From positions 7,259,735 through 7,323,734 of the forward strand of contig OZ244561.1 of the NCBI GenBank assembly GCA_965217585.1: 64,000 nt of DNA. The letters are read 5' to 3'. The position numbers were made by a program, and so were the translations under genes. Positions 63,095-64,000 of the stretch are shown one piece after another (within the stretch, counting starts at the first letter, position 1; every line of letters starts with the position of its first letter). Origin of the DNA: Candidatus Latescibacterota bacterium. Lineage in GTDB: Bacteria > Latescibacterota > UBA2968 > UBA8231. The notes below the pieces were generated by a model that ran no database searches, had not been told where the DNA came from, and saw only the letters and a program-made list of their open reading frames with translations.

Positions 63095-63868
63095 TCAGAT
63101 CGGCGCTAACCAACCCCCATCAACCGGCAACGCCGCCCCCGTAATCCACTCCGCGTCATCCGAGGCAAAAAACGCCACCGCCCGCCCAATGTCCCTTGGC
63201 AAGCCCAATCGCGGCAAGGGCGTATCCCGCCGACATTGCTCGATGATCTCCGGGGTCAAATAGTCTTGGATCGGCGTCTCGATATAACCCGGACACACTG
63301 CGTTGGCCGTGACGTTGTCCCCGGCCAATTCCAACGCCGAATCGCGCGTCAGATTCAGCACTCCGGCCTTAGTCGGCGCATAGGCCGGACCGCTGCCGCC
63401 GCCGAAGGCGTGGACCGAGGCGATGTTGACGATGCGCCCAGCAGCGGATTTTCTCAGATAGGGCGCTGCAAATTTGGTCGTGAGGAAGATCGAGCGCAGA
63501 TTGACGCCCACGACCCGGTCCCACGCCTCGACGGATAGTTCTTGGCTGTCTCCCGGTATGATGATCCCGGCGTTGTTGACCAGAATATCCACGCCGCCAA
63601 AGCGCTCGACGCTGCGGGTGATTAGGTTTTTCACTGCCTTTTCGTCGGCCACATCGGTCTCGACGAAGAGCGCCTCACCGCCTTCTCCGGCAATGATCTC
63701 AGCCGTGGATGGCCGCGGCGCGGTCTCGTGAAACTTGCCGATCTTGGGCGCTTCCTGCATATCGGCCACTACGACCTTGGCTCCTTCGCGGGCCAGTTCG
63801 AGACAAATACCCCGCCCAATGCCCGAACTCCCTCCGGTAACAACGGCGATGCGATCCTGCAAACGCAT
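63095..63868 (-). CDS. Short-chain dehydrogenase/reductase
   Basis: TGGSSGIG, NNAG, YAPTK, LPVDGG. Confidence 0.92.
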   Translation of the reverse strand: MRLQDRIAVVTGGSSGIGRGICLELAREGAKVVVADMQEAPKIGKFHETAPRPSTAEIIAGEGGEALFVETDVADEKAVKNLITRSVERFGGVDILVNNAGIIIPGDSQELSVEAWDRVVGVNLRSIFLTTKFAAPYLRKSAAGRIVNIASVHAFGGGSGPAYAPTKAGVLNLTRDSALELAGDNVTANAVCPGYIETPIQDYLTPEIIEQCRRDTPLPRLGLPRDIGRAVAFFASDDAEWITGAALPVDGGWLAPI

Positions 63869-64000
63869 GGATTTTTCCTCCTGTTTGTCGCAAAAATGTA
63901 GGGCGGCCGGAGAGGACGGACAAGGCGGAACGGCCCGTCGATTCAGTCCATTTGATGTGGCAGCAAATTGACTCTAAAATAGACGCGGAGAATTTATCAT

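Overview
A GC-rich bacterial chromosome segment. It probably belongs to the FCB group (Latescibacterota/Gemmatimonadota-like) and is probably host-associated, for example a marine sponge symbiont; this is inferred from the FlgD-Ig-tailed YWTD and lamin-tail repeat proteins, a fibronectin-III protein and three PhyH dioxygenases. The core blocks are a minus-strand ndk-yceD-rpmF-fabH-fabD-fabG-acpP-fabF-rnc-lipoate ligase operon (no plsX), a uvrC-xerD-ABC-ecfT-truA-htrA-pssA-tatA-gatA-porV run, and sodN and dusB. Accessory regions lie between them. The most striking structures are: (1) an integrase-free tandem cassette array between rlmI and uvrC, in which every cassette is delimited by a copy of the last codons of rlmI (ARVSRPS*, with synonymous variation); (2) a similar signature around a PhyH gene, which carries a duplicated promoter and a duplicated gene junction; (3) a 9-kb locus holding 14 shuffled lamin-tail domains; (4) a urease/urea-uptake locus with eukaryote-like accessory proteins, destroyed by about eight separate deletions while ureG and urtD stay intact; (5) several toxin-antitoxin modules, some of which have lost their toxins. 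I recognised no rRNA, tRNA, CRISPR array or transposase.
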